DNA of 64,000 bases from Deltaproteobacteria bacterium TL4 (GTDB lineage: Bacteria; SAR324; NAC60-12), in the NCBI GenBank assembly GCA_051382335.1, contig JBBCAX010000094.1, forward strand, positions 910 to 64,909, given 5' to 3'. The number at the start of each line of letters is the position of its first letter. Position 1 is the stretch's first letter. Shown here one piece after another: positions 59,996 through 64,000 of the stretch. Position numbers and translations under genes: made by a program. The notes under the pieces were generated by a model. That model searched no databases and was not told where the DNA came from. It was given only the letters and a program-made list of their open reading frames with translations.

Positions 59996-62188
59996 TCAAC
60001 ACTCCAATTGCTTCATCTGTTCCCTCAACTGATGGAGTTTCGGGATCAACGTTTGACGCTCACTTTGCGACAACTGCAACGTTTTAAACAGTTCTTCAAA
60101 GTCAATAGCCGTACCTTCAATCATCAGACTCAGATCTTGCTGAATGGTACTTGCTAAACGCTCCAAGCCTTTATACAAATACAGATATTTGACATTTTCA
60201 CGATAATTTCGAACATCAAACTCCAAGCTGGAAAACGCGTCTTTCTTCAATTGAGCAATTTCATCATTTTGAAGTCGTTCCTTCAAATCGTCAGGTATTC
60301 CTTCTTTCCTGTGTCGTATCAGCCGCTCCCACTGTTTTTGCAGGATGTTTTTTCCCAGCAGGTAAACTCTTTTCAATTTTTCATGGGCTTGGTAATTCAA
60401 TGTTGATGAAAAGAGGACCATGGGAAGATCAGGAAATTGAAAGGCAAGGTAGTCGAGCGAAGAAACAAAGCGTTCTCCCGCCAGAATTCCCTGAGCATTC
60501 TGTCGGAGTTCTAACAGATTTCTGAAAATCACGAAGTAAGGGGTACACACTTCTCTGAGCTGGTCCACATATTGATGTTCGAGCGTTTTCAAATGATGCA
60601 ACAGCGGCGCGTTTAATTCTTCGGTGGTGAAACGGAGGAGTTGATGCTGCAAGGTTTTATAGAAAGTCATGACTTGCGCGGAAAACAAATCCTTTGACTT
60701 CAATAAGGAGTCCGGCAATTCATAGTTTTGGATGAATTGATAAAGTTGAGGCACAAGGGGACCTTTCTCGGGATCAAAAAGGTCATTCACGTCGTTACTT
60801 AATTTCTGTTTTAATTGCTCCAGCGCCCCTTCCAGCGCGGCTTGCATGGATTGCTTGGTACCTTTCAGTTCTTTAACTTGGGCATCCATTTCCGCTTGCA
60901 GTTTTTGACATTCGGTTTGATCCTTGGAGGCGGTATTCAACACGTTTTCTATAAAAGTCAAAACCTGCTGCTGTACGTATTTCCAATGACGGTGTTCACT
61001 TTGCATGAGGAGTGATTCATCAACGCTATGGAGCTCCAGAGCCTTTTTCAGGTTTTTCCATTGTTTTTGATGGTATTGAATCAGGGGATCCACCGATTTC
61101 CATAAGCCCAACTGGACTTCCATTCGAGACGTGCGGTTTTCGTTGAGATCGCAAAACAATTGATAGAGTGCGGAAACTCCATAGAGGGGGAGGTTGGAAC
61201 TCCAGGGTTTGAGATCCTGGCCCAGTTGTGTCAAAACCCGTTGGGCGTCTTCAAGGGATTCATGCTCCGTTAAATCCATATTGGCAACAAACAAGGTTTG
61301 TTGCAGCAGCCCCAAATCCTTCAAAGTCCGCAGCAGTACCAAGTCGGCCTGACGCATTCCGGTCCGTGAGCTGAAAACATAGAGGACCATGGAACATTGA
61401 GTTAAATATTCCTGAACCATCGCAAAATGATTTGGATTGGGGGAATCACTGCCTTGGCAGTCCGCGATTTCAAGCCGGGCAGGCGCTTGAGGCAACTCCA
61501 GCAGAATATCCTTCATATAAACCGCGTATTCGTCGCGGCTCACAAAAGTTTGATGTTGTTCAATCACGTCAGCATCCAGCATCAGCACAGACTCTGTTTC
61601 CTTGTCGTCTAAATACCGATGTATTTTCTCATAGCCCTGTAAAAACGAGCGTAATAAGACATACTCCTGATTAAAACTTTCATAGTCTTCAGAAAGATGA
61701 GAGGGATGAGCGTCCAGAAAATCACTCAATATTTTTCGATCCTCTGAATTTCTCAGATTCAAACGCTCCTGAGGTGCCTGATCCACGGCGTGGGCCAGTA
61801 GCAAAAAAGAGTGCTGTACTTCATCCAGAATAGTTTCCCATGATTTAAATCGAATGAAGGCTTTGGGGTGAGTGCCATAGCGGACGCGGGTAATGATGGC
61901 GGTTAGAATCCCCGCGCCTCGTTTCAGTAAATCCTGTTTTAACAGCGCATTGACAAACGAGGACTTTCCCGATTTGACCGTACCCACCACCGCAATCCGC
62001 ACTCGCTCTTCCTTTAATCTGATTTCAATAGCGTTCAAAGCTTGTAACCAAGCGTCAAATTGAGCAGTCTTCAGGCTCAACAACGCTTGTATTTCACTAA
62101 TCAAAGCACGTGTTTCCGCTAACGGAAGTTTTGACATAAGTCTCGCTATAGTATTGAGGTATAAGCTGCTGGAAGAAAATTCGGGCAA
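59996..62188 (-). CDS. Bacterial dynamin-like GTPase (BDLP family)
   Basis: 730 aa. G1 GTVKSGKSSF; G2 Thr in GILTAII; G3 DCQG; long helical stalk region. Confidence 0.65.
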   Translation of the reverse strand: MPEFSSSSLYLNTIARLMSKLPLAETRALISEIQALLSLKTAQFDAWLQALNAIEIRLKEERVRIAVVGTVKSGKSSFVNALLKQDLLKRGAGILTAIITRVRYGTHPKAFIRFKSWETILDEVQHSFLLLAHAVDQAPQERLNLRNSEDRKILSDFLDAHPSHLSEDYESFNQEYVLLRSFLQGYEKIHRYLDDKETESVLMLDADVIEQHQTFVSRDEYAVYMKDILLELPQAPARLEIADCQGSDSPNPNHFAMVQEYLTQCSMVLYVFSSRTGMRQADLVLLRTLKDLGLLQQTLFVANMDLTEHESLEDAQRVLTQLGQDLKPWSSNLPLYGVSALYQLFCDLNENRTSRMEVQLGLWKSVDPLIQYHQKQWKNLKKALELHSVDESLLMQSEHRHWKYVQQQVLTFIENVLNTASKDQTECQKLQAEMDAQVKELKGTKQSMQAALEGALEQLKQKLSNDVNDLFDPEKGPLVPQLYQFIQNYELPDSLLKSKDLFSAQVMTFYKTLQHQLLRFTTEELNAPLLHHLKTLEHQYVDQLREVCTPYFVIFRNLLELRQNAQGILAGERFVSSLDYLAFQFPDLPMVLFSSTLNYQAHEKLKRVYLLGKNILQKQWERLIRHRKEGIPDDLKERLQNDEIAQLKKDAFSSLEFDVRNYRENVKYLYLYKGLERLASTIQQDLSLMIEGTAIDFEELFKTLQLSQSERQTLIPKLHQLREQMKQLEC

Positions 62189-62199
62189 ACATCAGGGAT

Positions 62200-62583
62200 T
62201 CATTCCCATGCCGTTAATACGCCGTCAACAGATTCGAAAATTTTGAACGTTTTATCCATCCCCGACAAGGTGAAAAGGTCCAGGCAGGTTTGATTTACAT
62301 GACACAGAGCCACAGGTTTATTTTGCCTGGAGTAACGCTTATGAAACCATCCGAGCACTCCAAGTCCGGCGGAGTCAAACACTTTTGCCTCTGACAAGTT
62401 CAAGATCACACCTCGAACTCGTTCATCCTCCAAAAAAGGAAGAAGGAATTTTTTCAGTTCAATCGCCTCGTCCAAAACTACTTTCCCCTCTACTTTGATC
62501 ACACAATAGGCTTTAAGTATTTCATGAGAAATCTTGATCATTCTGTTCCTTGAAAATGAGGGGACGCCTTGAAATACCGTCAC
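62200..62583 (-). CDS. STAS domain protein (anti-sigma-factor-antagonist-like)
   Basis: 127 aa; SpoIIAA-like pattern ...VILNLSEAKVFDSAGLGVL.... Lies 11 bp upstream of the dynamin-like gene. Confidence 0.55.
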   Translation of the reverse strand: MTVFQGVPSFSRNRMIKISHEILKAYCVIKVEGKVVLDEAIELKKFLLPFLEDERVRGVILNLSEAKVFDSAGLGVLGWFHKRYSRQNKPVALCHVNQTCLDLFTLSGMDKTFKIFESVDGVLTAWE

Positions 62584-62825
62584 TCCGGTTGCATTTCCTC
62601 AACATAGATCCGGGCAGGACGTCTGCAATCATTATAAGCGCCAGGCTCATAACTATGCCGCTGTTTATGTCGGGATTCCTGACGAGCTTCTTCCAGTAGG
62701 GGTTGACACTCTTTGAAATTGCGTTCGGCTAACGGCGTGGAACAACTGAGACTTATCAAAGCCATCAGACCTACCACCATTCTATGATAACGAAATCTGA
62801 TTCCTTTGGGTATTCTTTTTCTCAT
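62580..62825 (-). CDS. Small putative lipoprotein (81 aa)
   Basis: Signal peptide with lipobox-like LISLSCS. Overlaps the STAS start by 4 bp and the cysteine desulfurase stop by 44 bp, so the true start may be internal. Confidence 0.35.
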   Translation of the reverse strand: MRKRIPKGIRFRYHRMVVGLMALISLSCSTPLAERNFKECQPLLEEARQESRHKQRHSYEPGAYNDCRRPARIYVEEMQPE

Positions 62826-63966
62826 ACATCCGTTTCACATGAAAGAGGATCCGCTTCGACAAAGTCTCAATATCCTTCGGCGAAGTGTTCCAGCCCATAC
62901 TCACTCTTAAACAAGATTTTGCTTGTTTCGTGGATAACCCCATGGCTCTTAACACCGGACTCGCTTCAAGGGCGCCGGAAGAGCAGGCGGAACCTGTGGA
63001 GACCGCGATGTGATCCAAGTCTAAGTTAATCAGTAGACTTTCCGCACTGAGAGAGTCAAATCCAAAATTAAGAGTGTTCGATAAAAGTGGAGCCGAGTGT
63101 CCATTGAGAAAAAAACCATTTACCTTCGTTAAGTCCCTGAGCAATTCGTTTTGAAACTGTGTCCATTTTTGTTGTAACTGTTCCAAATGCTGAAGATGCC
63201 AAGCTAGAGCCAAAGCAAATCCCTGCGCCAAGATCGGATTTTCAGTCCCGGCACGACGAACCCGCTCCTGTTTTCCTCCTGTGATTAAGGGCTGAAAAGG
63301 CGTCGTTTTTTTTATGTAAAGTATTCCAATCCCTCGGGGGCCTCCTAACTTATGGGCTGTTGCTGTTGCATAATCCACTCCCGGTTCACCCCACTTTAAG
63401 GGCAGTTTTCCCAGCGCTTGGACCGCGTCGGTATGAAAAGGGATCTGATGTTCTCTGGCAATTTTTGTGAGTGCGGCAAGGGGTTGAACCACTCCCGTTT
63501 CGTTATTTGCGGTCATGATGGAAATTAAAGACGTTTCTTGACGCAGCGCGTGTTCCAGTTCCTGAGGTTCAACCTGTCCCAAGGAATTAACAGGGAGATA
63601 ACTGACTTGGATCTGAGGTAATTTTTCCAGCGCCTTGCAGGTTTCTATAATCGAAGGGTGCTCGATTTGGGAAGTGATGAGGTGCTGCGGCGCAGGGTTC
63701 ATGAAACATTGACGTAACACCGCGTTGTTACTCTCACTGCCGCCACTGGTAAATATTAGTTCCTGGGGGGTCACCCCCAGCAAATCAGCCAAATGCCGTC
63801 GGCTGTCTTCAAGCAGCGCTTTCGCCATACGTCCTTCCGCATGAGGACTTGACGGATTGGCGAAGTGAGCAGAAAACGCTTCCTTCATGGCGTCAATGAC
63901 GTCAGGAAGCATCGGAGAGGTTGCGTTATAATCTAAATAGACTCGCTTCAGTGGAGAGTCGGTCAT
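62782..63966 (-). CDS. Cysteine desulfurase (class V aminotransferase, IscS/NifS-like)
   Basis: RVYLDYNATSPMLPDV...; active-site Cys in SGSACSSG; PLP-lysine region. 394 aa. Confidence 0.85.
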   Translation of the reverse strand: MTDSPLKRVYLDYNATSPMLPDVIDAMKEAFSAHFANPSSPHAEGRMAKALLEDSRRHLADLLGVTPQELIFTSGGSESNNAVLRQCFMNPAPQHLITSQIEHPSIIETCKALEKLPQIQVSYLPVNSLGQVEPQELEHALRQETSLISIMTANNETGVVQPLAALTKIAREHQIPFHTDAVQALGKLPLKWGEPGVDYATATAHKLGGPRGIGILYIKKTTPFQPLITGGKQERVRRAGTENPILAQGFALALAWHLQHLEQLQQKWTQFQNELLRDLTKVNGFFLNGHSAPLLSNTLNFGFDSLSAESLLINLDLDHIAVSTGSACSSGALEASPVLRAMGLSTKQAKSCLRVSMGWNTSPKDIETLSKRILFHVKRMYEKKNTQRNQISLS

Positions 63967-64000
63967 AGGATTTCTGGGTTAGAGATGAAGAATCAAGGCA

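Overview
This 64 kb window is a gene-dense bacterial chromosomal segment of moderate GC, about 50 CDS and mostly coding. I found no rRNA, tRNA or CRISPR array. Housekeeping genes are interleaved with an unusually large amount of signal-transduction hardware. Housekeeping calls include groES/groEL behind a tandem pair of CIRCE operators, metG, hemN, hom, ridA, coaBC, hisE, plsC, mreC-mreD-mrdA-maf, a thiolase, an acyl-CoA dehydrogenase, a FATP-like acyl-CoA synthetase, a cysteine desulfurase and ppk2. The signalling genes include several PAS histidine kinases and hybrid kinases, a CheY-like regulator, an Hpt protein, a REC-REC-HD-GYP protein, two STAS proteins and a large cNMP-binding protein. 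The most striking feature is not a gene. The intergenic spaces carry at least four families of short, hairpin-rich repeats. A-family: MITE-like, about 190 bp, with 25 bp terminal inverted repeats. B-family: a long palindrome of about 33 bp arms. E-family: a repeat of about 100 nt. F-family: a structured element of about 70 nt whose two copies differ by compensatory stem changes. These repeats join into mosaics, bracket a two-gene GT2 glycosyltransferase cassette, and abut a frameshifted IS66-family transposase remnant. Other points worth follow-up are a TPR / STAS-TerB / pilT / YbjN / 855 aa cNMP-binding cluster, a lipoprotein-STAS-dynamin-like GTPase-WS/DGAT cluster, a double-zinc-ribbon repeat protein next to a GtrA-like gene, a frameshifted RecF/SbcC-type P-loop ATPase N-terminal remnant, and an uncharacterised Cys-containing protein translationally coupled to a cytoplasmic PAS kinase. 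All calls come from reading the sequence and ORF translations. No database search was run, so family names are motif-level inferences.
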